A stretch of DNA of 26,059 nucleotides from a virus (lineage: Duplodnaviria; Caudoviricetes), in IMG/VR virus record IMGVR_UViG_3300017774_005552, positions 1 to 26,059 of that record; one strand, 5' to 3'. The stretch's first letter is position 1, and each line of letters opens with the position of its first letter. The notes under the pieces are model-generated. The model saw only the letters and a list, made by a program, of their open reading frames with translations. It ran no database searches and was not told the DNA's origin. Shown here piece after piece: positions 8,821 to 17,413 of this stretch. Position numbers and translations under genes: made by a program.

Positions 8821-9630
8821 ATGGCTCAAAACTTTGTAAATGTTTATGTCAGATTGAAAGACACAACATTTGAAGCCAACCGCATAAACGAAGTAACGGG
8901 TTCTGCACCACCGCTGATTTTAAGAATGCTTACTGGCGACTCCAATAGCGATAGAGATTTTATTTTCCCGTATAGTCCAAGGGAAATCAACGTAGGCAAA
9001 CTTTCTGATGAAATGGTTCAGATAGCACGACCGGGCACAACCCCTATTGTTGCTTTTAAGAGTCACAACTTGATGACAATTGATTTTACTGCTTTGATTG
9101 CATATCCGGGTGACGGGATGATTAAAGACGTAGAGATGGAAATGTATGCTCTGCGTCAAATGGCATCTAGTAGCAATCGTGTTTTTCAGTTACTGAATTA
9201 CGATATTTTCACTTACCTACCTTTCACCTATAGGAATATGTCTGCGGAAAGGCAGAGTTCACTGTTTTTTTCAATAACTGAGATGAGTGTTGATGTTGTT
9301 CGGAGAAACAAGGACAACAAGATTACGAGCGCAAATGTTAAAATCAGTTTGGTTGAGAACAGAAACCCTAAGATTAATATCACCTTGATACCGCCTATAA
9401 AGTTCAAAAAACCTGTTGACAATTGCAAAGTAGCGAAGTATGCAAAAAAGTACCCAAATAAATGCAAGCCCAAAAAGACGGATGAACCATTGGGTCCTAG
9501 CGCTTCTGAATCGTCAGAAACCAATGCGAATAAGTTTATAGCGGCGCAAAAGGCAAAGGGATGTGAACACCATCCTAAAAAGGTTCCAAAATGGATTTGT
9601 CCGGGTCAGCCCGGATATGGAAAACCATAA
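8821..9630 (+). CDS. Probable tail tube initiator / baseplate-tube junction protein
   Basis: Follows the tape measure. 'FIFPYSPREI...QIARPGTTP' and 'FSITEMSVDV...ITSANVKISLVE' fit tube-fold initiators. Carries a Lys/Cys-rich C-terminal tail. Confidence 0.6.
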   Translation: MAQNFVNVYVRLKDTTFEANRINEVTGSAPPLILRMLTGDSNSDRDFIFPYSPREINVGKLSDEMVQIARPGTTPIVAFKSHNLMTIDFTALIAYPGDGMIKDVEMEMYALRQMASSSNRVFQLLNYDIFTYLPFTYRNMSAERQSSLFFSITEMSVDVVRRNKDNKITSANVKISLVENRNPKINITLIPPIKFKKPVDNCKVAKYAKKYPNKCKPKKTDEPLGPSASESSETNANKFIAAQKAKGCEHHPKKVPKWICPGQPGYGKP

Positions 9631-9644
9631 ATCGGGATTAAATA

Positions 9645-10670
9645 GTGATTACAGATAAAACAATTATCATCACTGGTCATGACGATACCCCTCTTTTGAG
9701 TGCTCAAATAGCACAGAGTGTCACTTCAATCATTGTCAACTATACGGTTGATGGCGCTTCTCAGGTCACCGTTGAACTTGTTGACGAAAATCTTGAAATG
9801 TGGAATAACAACTATTTTCAGGTTGGCAATATTGTTGAGTTTTTTGATGGCACCTTGACCGAGAACTACATGATTGCTAGTCATGAAATATCCAACGGGG
9901 AGGGTGAATATTTTAAAATAAAAATTGAACTCCGCACAGAGGCAATTCAGAGGATGAAACTGGATAGACAGCCTGAAGCGTTCAAATCAACCACAGCCTA
10001 TGAGTATGCGCAAAAAGTTGCAAAAAGGTTTGGTTTAGCGTTCATTGGTCAAGAACCAAAAGGTATTAAAACTACGACCATCAAGGTCAAGCAGGACAAA
10101 AATAGAGAATCTGTTTATGATGTTCTTGTTCGTTCAGCAAAAGACCTGCAATATCTTTGTTTCGTGATGTATGCGATACCAGAGGGTGGGAGGACGCCTG
10201 TCCCCACACTATTTTATGGTTCCCCAAATTGGTTGCTTGGGCGTTGGGGTGTGGAGAAAACTGAAGTCTTTACATTTACCACCACTGACGGAAAGACAGA
10301 GAAGCGTCCGCTTTATTTCATTCCTTTGAAATATCCAAATGACAATAAACTCAACTTTTTCCTTACCGATGTTCCCGAAATGAGACGGTCTATGGATAGC
10401 CCCAAGGAGTCTGAAGGCACCGCAAATATCTGGGTTGGAGACAGACATGAAGAGAACATAGGTAGTGCGTATAATATAAGGGCAGGCATGACTGTCGTTG
10501 TTTACGGAATCAAGGGTTTTGATAAATCAGCATATTTGATTACATCAGTTGAGTATCAGTACGGACAGCCAGAACCTATAAAAATCAGGTTTGCAACTTT
10601 GGAAAAAATCAACCCCGAAGATAAAAAGAAAATTGACGCAAAAGTCGCTGAAACAACAGTGATTGGTTAG
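9645..10670 (+). CDS. Baseplate hub protein (P2 gpD / Mu gp44 / T4 gp27-like)
   Basis: GTG start. Motifs 'GASQVTVELVD', 'YAQKVAKRFGL', 'ESVYDVLVRSAKD' and 'IRAGMTVVVYGI....YLITSVEY'. Synteny agrees. Confidence 0.7.
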   Translation: MITDKTIIITGHDDTPLLSAQIAQSVTSIIVNYTVDGASQVTVELVDENLEMWNNNYFQVGNIVEFFDGTLTENYMIASHEISNGEGEYFKIKIELRTEAIQRMKLDRQPEAFKSTTAYEYAQKVAKRFGLAFIGQEPKGIKTTTIKVKQDKNRESVYDVLVRSAKDLQYLCFVMYAIPEGGRTPVPTLFYGSPNWLLGRWGVEKTEVFTFTTTDGKTEKRPLYFIPLKYPNDNKLNFFLTDVPEMRRSMDSPKESEGTANIWVGDRHEENIGSAYNIRAGMTVVVYGIKGFDKSAYLITSVEYQYGQPEPIKIRFATLEKINPEDKKKIDAKVAETTVIG

Positions 10671-10680
10671 GGAGGATATT

Positions 10681-11097
10681 ATGACAGCAACTTTAGGAGG
10701 CGACGGGTTAGACGACATGCAACGTGCCGACTCGTCACAGATGACCAATGCCTCATTTTCATCAATTCATATTGGTGTAGTTACAGCGACTTCAGATGCT
10801 ACGAAAACTGGTTTCGTTCGGATTCCTGCATTAAATCAATCTGCACAACTTGGTCCTTTTAAGTTTTTGGAACCTTTTTCTTTCCCTGTGACTACACCTG
10901 TCAAACAGACCCTTACCACCACCTCAGCGGTTGTGTCGGGGACTACGGTACTTACGGGTGCTTCGCTCTCCAACACGACCACAGACCTGTCTGGCGTGTA
11001 CTCAGGGTCGTTGACGTTACCTGCCGTAGGAACACGGGTGCTTGTAGTTTTCCTTAACGACTCCCTTGACGAGGGTGTTATTGTGGGAAAAATATGA
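10681..11097 (+). CDS. Short baseplate spike-like protein (gpV-type OB-fold)
   Basis: GGAGG at 10671-10675 favours the ATG at 10681 over the track's 10663. 'IHIGVVT...VRIPAL' and 'LPAVGTRVLVVF.....GVIVG' are spike OB-fold motifs. Confidence 0.65.
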   Translation: MTATLGGDGLDDMQRADSSQMTNASFSSIHIGVVTATSDATKTGFVRIPALNQSAQLGPFKFLEPFSFPVTTPVKQTLTTTSAVVSGTTVLTGASLSNTTTDLSGVYSGSLTLPAVGTRVLVVFLNDSLDEGVIVGKI

Positions 11098-11396
11098 ACA
11101 CCATTCGCTTGCCTATTCGGTTTAGTTCCGTTTCTTCGCAAATGGAAACAATTGATGAAACCACCGACGAGTATTACGCAACATTGATTGGTTTCGCAAT
11201 ACAGATTGAGAATAATTCTTTACCTATTTCAACTTTCTATGGTGCTTCTGACCCAGTTTTTGACGACCGTCAAACGGGAAGAATCGTCCAAGAAGTTTCA
11301 AGATTTATCCCCGAAATAAAAGTCATAGAGGTCAACACCGTGAAAGACGATACTGGTAGAGTGAACTTAGCAATACGATTTCAAAGGTTGTCATAA
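11094..11396 (+). CDS. Baseplate wedge/sheath initiator (T4 gp25 / P2 gpW-like)
   Basis: 100 aa with an ATGA-type overlap. 'LPIRF', 'PISTFYGASDPVF' and 'RFIPEIKV'. Lies just before baseplate J. Confidence 0.7.
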   Translation: MNTIRLPIRFSSVSSQMETIDETTDEYYATLIGFAIQIENNSLPISTFYGASDPVFDDRQTGRIVQEVSRFIPEIKVIEVNTVKDDTGRVNLAIRFQRLS

Positions 11397-11398
11397 TC

Positions 11399-12808
11399 AT
11401 GGCTTCACCAAACTTTTCCTCATACATTGATTTAACCATCAATGATAAATCAATTACCGAAGTCTATGACGCTTCTGTTCAGTATGCGCAAACATCTCTG
11501 CCCGAGTTTGACCCTCGTGTCGGCACAATTGAAAACGCACTACTAGAGGCTGTCGCTCATGCGACTGGAAGTTTGATAGCGACAATAAATACGCTTCCTG
11601 ATGGTTTGATGGAAGGTCTGCTCAAATTGATGGGCTTTTCTCGTGTGGAAGCAACCCCGTCCGCAGCGACTGTATCGATTACTTTGTCAATTAATACAGG
11701 TGCAACGATTTCTGCTGGTACTGTTTTCTCTTACAATGTTTTTGATGCTGAAGGTGTTCTCACACAATACCTGTACGAAACAACTACCGACCTAACGATT
11801 GCTTCAGGTTCAACAACTGCCACAGCGGCTGTTGTCGCTTCTGACCCATCTGCATATCCAGACATTCCAATTGGAACGGAATTAACCGTAGTTTCTAGTA
11901 CTCCGTTCATTCTGAGCGTAACAATAACCTCAGTTTCAACTGTCGGAACAGACACGGAAACAGACACAGAATACTTTGACCGTGCTACAACCTTTCTTGG
12001 TTCACTGAGTTCCTCTATTGCAACGGCATCTCAGTTAACGAACTATATTGCTGTGAATTACCCCACGGTTAGCCGTTTTAAAGTATTTGACTTGACACAA
12101 GCAAAAGAAAATGACATTGTCAATGCCGTCCTGACATCTAACGTGGTGACACTTACGACTCGTTATGCTCATGGTTTCTCTGTTGGGGACAGCGTGATAG
12201 TCGCAGGGATGGCTACAGCCACCTACAACGGAACATACACAATCACTGTTGTTCCAACAACCACAACATTTCGTTACGCAAAGACAAACGCAAACATAGC
12301 GACCGCCGCTACGACAGTTGGAAATGTAGTTCTTGCCAACGGAATGCTTTACGCAACGGCAAATGTTGGCGGTGCTGTAACGATTTCTATGTGCGACTCA
12401 GCAGGTGACGCCATTTCTGTTGCCCAAAAACTGATTATCAAAGAAAATATTGAGTCAAAAGTTGTTGCTGGTCTAAACATTTATTTGCATGACATGAATA
12501 CATTCAATGTTGATGTAGCGGCAACTATCGTAGTTGAACCAAATTACTCAACTTCTGATGTTGGTACTGCCGTATCTGAAGCGATAGAGGCTTACCTTTC
12601 CATCGCTGGTTGGGATTTTGCGACATCAGTGAGCGCACTGTATTTGACAACAATCGCATCACGCATAACGGGTGTTAAATATGTTTCAGCGATGGACGCA
12701 ACACTTAATGGTGCTACCGACTTCGCCTCTAACGACTCTTTGAATGTTACGGTTCTGCAAAAAGGCGCTATTCCTATTGGTTCCTGCACAACAACGGCTT
12801 CGGCTTAA
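11399..12808 (+). CDS. Baseplate J-like wedge protein
   Basis: 'GTIENALLEA', 'LMGFSRVEATPS', 'TISAGTVF', 'GTDTETDTEYFDR' and C-terminal 'AIEAYLS..W...ITGVKYV'. Confidence 0.88.
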   Translation: MASPNFSSYIDLTINDKSITEVYDASVQYAQTSLPEFDPRVGTIENALLEAVAHATGSLIATINTLPDGLMEGLLKLMGFSRVEATPSAATVSITLSINTGATISAGTVFSYNVFDAEGVLTQYLYETTTDLTIASGSTTATAAVVASDPSAYPDIPIGTELTVVSSTPFILSVTITSVSTVGTDTETDTEYFDRATTFLGSLSSSIATASQLTNYIAVNYPTVSRFKVFDLTQAKENDIVNAVLTSNVVTLTTRYAHGFSVGDSVIVAGMATATYNGTYTITVVPTTTTFRYAKTNANIATAATTVGNVVLANGMLYATANVGGAVTISMCDSAGDAISVAQKLIIKENIESKVVAGLNIYLHDMNTFNVDVAATIVVEPNYSTSDVGTAVSEAIEAYLSIAGWDFATSVSALYLTTIASRITGVKYVSAMDATLNGATDFASNDSLNVTVLQKGAIPIGSCTTTASA

Positions 12809-12810
12809 AT

Positions 12811-14100
12811 ATGGGAGTCATTTCCAACTACATAGATGAGTCGGAACGACTATTCCTAGAGAGTACTGCTTTCGCTGCTTCGGTGGATAATTATTGGACT
12901 TCAAACGGAACACTAAGTGCTGACCCTGTAATTTTCCAAGATGCTGATTTTGGTTCCCTGAAACTAACTCCTTCAACCTCTGAGCACTACATAAAATATA
13001 ATTATTGGGCGGTTCCAGCAACCGACATTCCGTCGCAGTATGCGGTAACGCCCAACCAAGACATCAACGATTTTGTTGAATCTTTCTTTTGGGTTAGGTC
13101 AACTGTCAACTGCACAATCTATTTGAAGACAGTGCTAACTAAGGTCACATACAACAGTGGTACACAAAAATACATGTTGTCCACAAACGCGCAAGACATA
13201 ATCACAGGCAGTGAAGGTACATACAGTATAACTTTGGGCGCTTTAGACCAAAATAGGTTTCATCTACTAAGGGCTGTCCCTGTCCAACTTCCAACAACGG
13301 GAAACTATTCAGTTTCCGTGCAGTTTCGTGTAGTTTTTGACACTTTAGTAAATGCTTCCCTAAATATTTCTCGTCCAACATCGCATCCTTCGCTCAGGGT
13401 TTTTAGAAATGGATTTGCTTCCGAGGTACTAGGTGTACTGCCTGAAGTTTTTCTAGAGTCTGATACCGCTGATTTTTCAACCAATCAACCGACTTTTGTT
13501 TTAAGTAGATTTACTGAACTCGCCTGCTCCGTTGCCGACGATGTTTACGACAAGACTTTTCAATTCCTGTACCTTGATACTTCGCAAGGTCAGGACAGTA
13601 CTGAACTTGACAGTTTTAGCACTCTCATTAATCCAAATATCTGCGACAGCAACACCCTTTTCTGGCTTTCGCAGTTCCGCGGTAGACCAATTTTGGTCAC
13701 CTATCAGCCTTCAACTGAAGGTGTTGGTTGGGAGGTATTCACCCTTGACAGCGCGACAAGTTTGCTCGACGGGAGCAATGTTCTCGGAACCGACGCGTCA
13801 GCCTCGTCGCAGTTGCCTTCAGGTATTGATGCTTTTGCTAGATGGCAGGTTGAAACTGGTTATTACGGTCATAATGCAGGCACATTGCAGTCAATGGTTG
13901 GTGCAATTCAACGCGCTCTCACGAATCAAAAAATCGTTAGTTACACAAAGTCAACAAATCAGATTGCTTTTACGACAAGCCAAGCAGAGACATTTGGTAC
14001 GGTCGTCGGCGATATTGGTAGTTCTGTAGCGAACATTCTCGCCCTAATTGAGCCAGCAAGACCCCTGGGAATGATTGTCACTCACACGCTCACCGCTTGA
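12811..14100 (+). CDS. Baseplate wedge protein (P2 gpI-like C-terminal half) with an N-terminal beta-sandwich-like region
   Basis: 'LPEVF', 'LINPNICDSNTLFWLSQFRG', 'AGTLQSM' and 'IEPARPLGM' resemble gpI-type proteins. Follows baseplate J. Confidence 0.65.
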   Translation: MGVISNYIDESERLFLESTAFAASVDNYWTSNGTLSADPVIFQDADFGSLKLTPSTSEHYIKYNYWAVPATDIPSQYAVTPNQDINDFVESFFWVRSTVNCTIYLKTVLTKVTYNSGTQKYMLSTNAQDIITGSEGTYSITLGALDQNRFHLLRAVPVQLPTTGNYSVSVQFRVVFDTLVNASLNISRPTSHPSLRVFRNGFASEVLGVLPEVFLESDTADFSTNQPTFVLSRFTELACSVADDVYDKTFQFLYLDTSQGQDSTELDSFSTLINPNICDSNTLFWLSQFRGRPILVTYQPSTEGVGWEVFTLDSATSLLDGSNVLGTDASASSQLPSGIDAFARWQVETGYYGHNAGTLQSMVGAIQRALTNQKIVSYTKSTNQIAFTTSQAETFGTVVGDIGSSVANILALIEPARPLGMIVTHTLTA

Positions 14101-14108
14101 TGTAGAAT
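14101..14108 (+). promoter_or_regulatory. Putative -10 promoter element (TG-TAGAAT)
   Basis: Near-consensus -10 immediately after a stop codon in an intergenic gap. Same TGTANNNT pattern as 2383 and 14652. Confidence 0.45.
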
Positions 14109-14137
14109 AGAGGAGTAACTTTAAGATTGGGGAATTC

Positions 14138-14392
14138 ATGGAAGAGAAAGAATCCGAACTTTCCGTGGATAAAGAAATAGAGCAACTCATTAGAGAGTCA
14201 ATGCCTGAAGGTCTTGTAACCAATTTTATTATTATCGCAGAAGTGGCTTCTAGTTCCCAACAGGAACTGTCGCTATCTATATCTGATTCAATGACCCCAT
14301 GGCTTGCCCATGGAATGTTGGAATTGGCTATAGAAATGATGCGCTCAGGCGAGTACCAATTCCCTTACATGGAGGAAAATAATGAACAATAA
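14138..14392 (+). CDS. Hypothetical protein (small, acidic)
   Basis: 84-aa ORF filling the gap, with a GGGGA RBS-like site upstream. Confidence 0.65.
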   Translation: MEEKESELSVDKEIEQLIRESMPEGLVTNFIIIAEVASSSQQELSLSISDSMTPWLAHGMLELAIEMMRSGEYQFPYMEENNEQ

Positions 14393-14624
14393 CATCAAAG
14401 CAAATGTCAGTGATCAGGCAGTAAAAGGCGCGGTTCTTGGTGGTCTTGCCTACCTAGCCACAAAATACGGCGTTTCTGCTGAGGTCGTCGCTGTAGTGAC
14501 ACCAGCAGTTTTGGCTGGTCTTGCTCTCTTGTCAACAAAGATTGGCGACAAGAATACAACTGCGATTTTTTCAGTTGTTGCCAAGATTGTTGAAGCACAG
14601 ACGAATACCAAGAAAAAGGCTTAA
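14382..14624 (+). CDS. Holin-like small membrane protein
   Basis: GGAGG RBS. Two hydrophobic segments ('AVLGGLAYLA', 'VVAVVTPAVLAGLALL') and a basic C-terminus (TKKKA). Confidence 0.5.
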   Translation: MNNNIKANVSDQAVKGAVLGGLAYLATKYGVSAEVVAVVTPAVLAGLALLSTKIGDKNTTAIFSVVAKIVEAQTNTKKKA

Positions 14625-14651
14625 CGCTTCTAATTTAAGGCTTACAAGTGT

Positions 14652-14683
14652 TGTATTCTTGATAGTGAACGGCTTTTTGCCGT
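14652..14683 (+). promoter_or_regulatory. Putative -10 element (TG-TATTCT) followed by a 5-bp hairpin, upstream of the fibre module
   Basis: TATTCT at 14654-14659 and ACGGC-TTTTT-GCCGT at 14669-14683. Confidence 0.35.
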
Positions 14684-14705
14684 CCCCTTGATGGAGTGAG
14701 GAACG

Positions 14706-15056
14706 ATGCTTGCAGGAAAATACAACATGGTTTGCGACCAAGGCTCTACGTTTTCACGGACGATTGAGATAAAAGACGCAGATGGTGCGGTTTTTCCTCT
14801 GACTGGCTATACGGCACGGATGCAGGTACGGCGCGATGTCGACACGGCAACCACACTGATTGAACTGACCAGCGCCAATGGTCGCATTGCTATCAATGGT
14901 GCTCTAGGCGCAATTACCATGACTTTGACTCCAGATCTGACAGCAGCCCTCACTCGCGGTGGTGTTTATGACTTGGAAATCATAAAGACCTCTACTAGTG
15001 AGGTCTACAAGGTAATCAGAGGCGAATTCAGACTAGAGAAAGAGGTTTCGCGATGA
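14706..15056 (+). CDS. Fibre-attachment/adaptor beta-sandwich protein (BppU N-terminal / T5 LtfC-like)
   Basis: 'DQGSTFS', 'LTGYTARMQVRR', 'GAITMTLT' and 'GVYDLEI...VIRGEF...EVSR' are typical of this widespread phage structural domain. Confidence 0.7.
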   Translation: MLAGKYNMVCDQGSTFSRTIEIKDADGAVFPLTGYTARMQVRRDVDTATTLIELTSANGRIAINGALGAITMTLTPDLTAALTRGGVYDLEIIKTSTSEVYKVIRGEFRLEKEVSR

Positions 15057-15244
15057 GTAATGTCACTCAGGTAACTATGGGTAATGCGGACTACAACATT
15101 GTCCTTGAAGACCAAAGAAATATTGTTGAAATTATCCACGAGGAACCGAACACTGTTCAGGTTATTGTTCCCGGTGTTTCATCTTCCGCCAAAACCAACA
15201 TCTCTTACGGTGTTGGCTACCCATGGATTCAGGTGGTTGTTTAA
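15053..15244 (+). CDS. Small fibre-associated protein (possibly the N-terminal part of a split gene)
   Basis: ATGA overlap with the previous gene. Beta-strand-rich. Its TAA is directly followed by an in-frame ATG. Confidence 0.6.
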   Translation: MSNVTQVTMGNADYNIVLEDQRNIVEIIHEEPNTVQVIVPGVSSSAKTNISYGVGYPWIQVVV

Positions 15245-15592
15245 ATGCCTGTACAGGCTTCCGATTACGGGAATATTGGTGATGTCTACATTGATACTGC
15301 TACGGGGAACTTTTATGGTCCTAAAACAGCGGCAGGCTGGCCGGATACGCCATTTTTCACGGCTTTGAATGTCGAGGCTGCTGATGCCGCAGTACTCAAT
15401 GACCGCCATATCCATACCCAAAGTGCCGCTTCTTCTACTTGGAGTATTTCTCATGCCTTGGGTGGCAGACCTTCCGTAACGATTGTTGACAGTGCGGGTA
15501 CGGTTGTCGTTGGAGAAGTTGTGTATAATAGCAATACAGTTATTACGGTTCTTTTTTCAGCGCCATTTTCTGGCTTCGCTTATTTGACCTAA
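15245..15592 (+). CDS. Small virion structural/fibre-associated protein
   Basis: 'GNIGDVYIDTATGNFYGPKT' and 'HTQSAASSTWSISHALGGRPSVTIVDS...ITVLFSAPFSGFAYL' are modules seen in phage fibre-region proteins. Confidence 0.75.
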   Translation: MPVQASDYGNIGDVYIDTATGNFYGPKTAAGWPDTPFFTALNVEAADAAVLNDRHIHTQSAASSTWSISHALGGRPSVTIVDSAGTVVVGEVVYNSNTVITVLFSAPFSGFAYLT

Positions 15593-15605
15593 GGATTTAA
15601 AAGAT

Positions 15606-16898
15606 ATGGCACAGAAGTTTCTCACAAACATTAACTTAAATCAGAACCAACTAGTTAATGCCACGTTTGAAGTTCTTGCCACCAACCCGTCCTCAGGCAA
15701 CTTTGAAGGTCGGATGTACTTCAACAGTTCCACATTCACCGTTATGGTGTATGCGAATGCGGCGTGGAGAAAATCTGTTCATTCCATCGTTTCTGGTGGT
15801 GGGGCAGGAATCGCTGAAGCGCTTACCGTCTCAGAATCAAACGGAACAGTAACTCTTACCCTCGCTGTTGCCGACGCGGACAGTGCTGGTCTCTTATCTG
15901 CGGCATTTTTTGGTGACCTGAATGATGCCACTTCTTCGGCTACTGCGAACAAACTCGCTAAGAGAGATGCGAGTGGCAATCTTTCCGTTGCGACACCTTC
16001 AGCCGACGCCCACGCCGCGACAAAGGCTTATGTAGACGCCGCTCGCTCGGGTCTTGATGTTAAAGAATCTGTCCGTGTGGCATCAACCGCCAATATCGCG
16101 CTTTCTACCGCCCTTGAAAACGGGGATGTTGTTGACGGCGTCACACTGGTTACGGGTGACCGAGTACTCGTAAAGAACCAAAGCACCGCATCTGAAAACG
16201 GTATCTACGTTGTTCAGGCTTCTGGTGCCGCCGTTCGTGCAATTGATGCCGACTCAAACACAGAAGTCACAACGGGAATGTTCACCTTCGTTTCCGAAGG
16301 TACTGTAAATGCTGACTCTGGTTTCGTTCTTTCAACAAACGACACCATCACCCTTGGTACGACAGCACTTACTTTCGTACAGTTCTCGGGCGCAGGTCAA
16401 ATTACCGCTGGGGCGGGTCTCACCAAAGATGGAAACACACTTGATGTAGTTGGTACAGCAGACCGCATAACGATTAATGCTGATTCCGTAGACATTGCAT
16501 CTACTTATGCTGGTCAATCAACAATCACCACGCTTGGCACTATCACTACGGGTACATGGAACGGCACCACAATTGCCGTAGCAAACGGTGGTTCAGGTGC
16601 TACAACTGCATCAAGCGCTCGCACGAACCTTGCAAGCACATCGGCAAGTGGGCTCACCACAAGCACTCCAGTGTTGGCTCGTATTGCCAAGCAGGGTTGC
16701 GCGGTAAGTAGCGCAGGAGTTTCAACTACTACGGTTACCCATAACTTTGGCACAACAGATGTTATTGTTCAGATTTATGAAGTTTCTGGAGGAGCAACAG
16801 TGATTGGTGATGTTACGAGAACTAACAGCAACACTATTTCTGTTGTTTTGAACGGCACAATTTCCGCCAATGACTACACAATTGTGGTCACTGGCTAA
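15606..16898 (+). CDS. Tail fibre-like structural protein
   Basis: Thr/Ala/Ser/Gly-rich. Contains the fibre domain 'AATKAYVD..GLDVKESVRVAST...GDRVLVKNQ...ENGIYVV' and a C-terminal 'VTHNFGTTDVIVQIY' module. Confidence 0.8.
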   Translation: MAQKFLTNINLNQNQLVNATFEVLATNPSSGNFEGRMYFNSSTFTVMVYANAAWRKSVHSIVSGGGAGIAEALTVSESNGTVTLTLAVADADSAGLLSAAFFGDLNDATSSATANKLAKRDASGNLSVATPSADAHAATKAYVDAARSGLDVKESVRVASTANIALSTALENGDVVDGVTLVTGDRVLVKNQSTASENGIYVVQASGAAVRAIDADSNTEVTTGMFTFVSEGTVNADSGFVLSTNDTITLGTTALTFVQFSGAGQITAGAGLTKDGNTLDVVGTADRITINADSVDIASTYAGQSTITTLGTITTGTWNGTTIAVANGGSGATTASSARTNLASTSASGLTTSTPVLARIAKQGCAVSSAGVSTTTVTHNFGTTDVIVQIYEVSGGATVIGDVTRTNSNTISVVLNGTISANDYTIVVTG

Positions 16899-16905
16899 AT
16901 AACGC

Positions 16906-16953
16906 AACTGACCTTGAGGGGTTAGTTCGATACAAAATAGCGATTGAGGTCGC
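16906..16953 (+). promoter_or_regulatory. Tandem hairpins with identical UGAG loops; the second contains the SD of the next gene
   Basis: AACTGACCT-TGAG-GGGTTAGTT (16906-16927) and GCGAT-TGAG-GTCGC (16940-16953). GTG start at 16955. Confidence 0.55.
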
Positions 16954-16954
16954 A

Positions 16955-17413
16955 GTGGCACAAAAATTTACAGTTCCTATTAGCATCGCGCAGTTGGCTT
17001 CTGCTGGCTCTGATGCACTTACCGTGTTTGTTAACGGTGAGACCTATGGTCGCGTCAAACTTGAAGCAGGCGGACGCTTGTCTTGGAGTGATGGAACTGG
17101 AAACTATGACACTAATTTGTATCGCGATAGTGCGAATGTTCTCGTTACTGACGATGTCTTAAAGGCTACTTCTGGTCTTGTGACTTTGGCTATCAATGCT
17201 GTCCCAACAGCATCTTTGCCTGATGGTGCTCTTGCTGTAGACACCCTGAATAATGTTTTTTACTTCAGGTCTAATGGGACTTGGCAAGAAGTAAGCGGTG
17301 CAGCCTCATCCTTGACTGGCGACATAGATGGTGGCAATCATCTAATAGACATTGAAGAGGCAGAAGTAACAAACTACATATTATCCACTTTTGATGGAGA
17401 GGCAATAATCTAA
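16955..17413 (+). CDS. Fibre-associated structural protein
   Basis: GTG start with a GAGG SD. N-terminus MAQKF matches the 15606 gene. 'DTNLYRDSANVLVTDD', 'DGALAVDT....YFRSNGTW' and 'IDGG' motifs. TAATG overlap with the long fibre. Confidence 0.75.
   Translation: MAQKFTVPISIAQLASAGSDALTVFVNGETYGRVKLEAGGRLSWSDGTGNYDTNLYRDSANVLVTDDVLKATSGLVTLAINAVPTASLPDGALAVDTLNNVFYFRSNGTWQEVSGAASSLTGDIDGGNHLIDIEEAEVTNYILSTFDGEAII

Noticed and set aside
52-14100. Tailocin, eCIS or T6SS rather than a phage
   Set aside because: A head-tail adaptor and neck gene are present, implying a capsid. No eCIS ATPase or T6SS membrane genes were seen.
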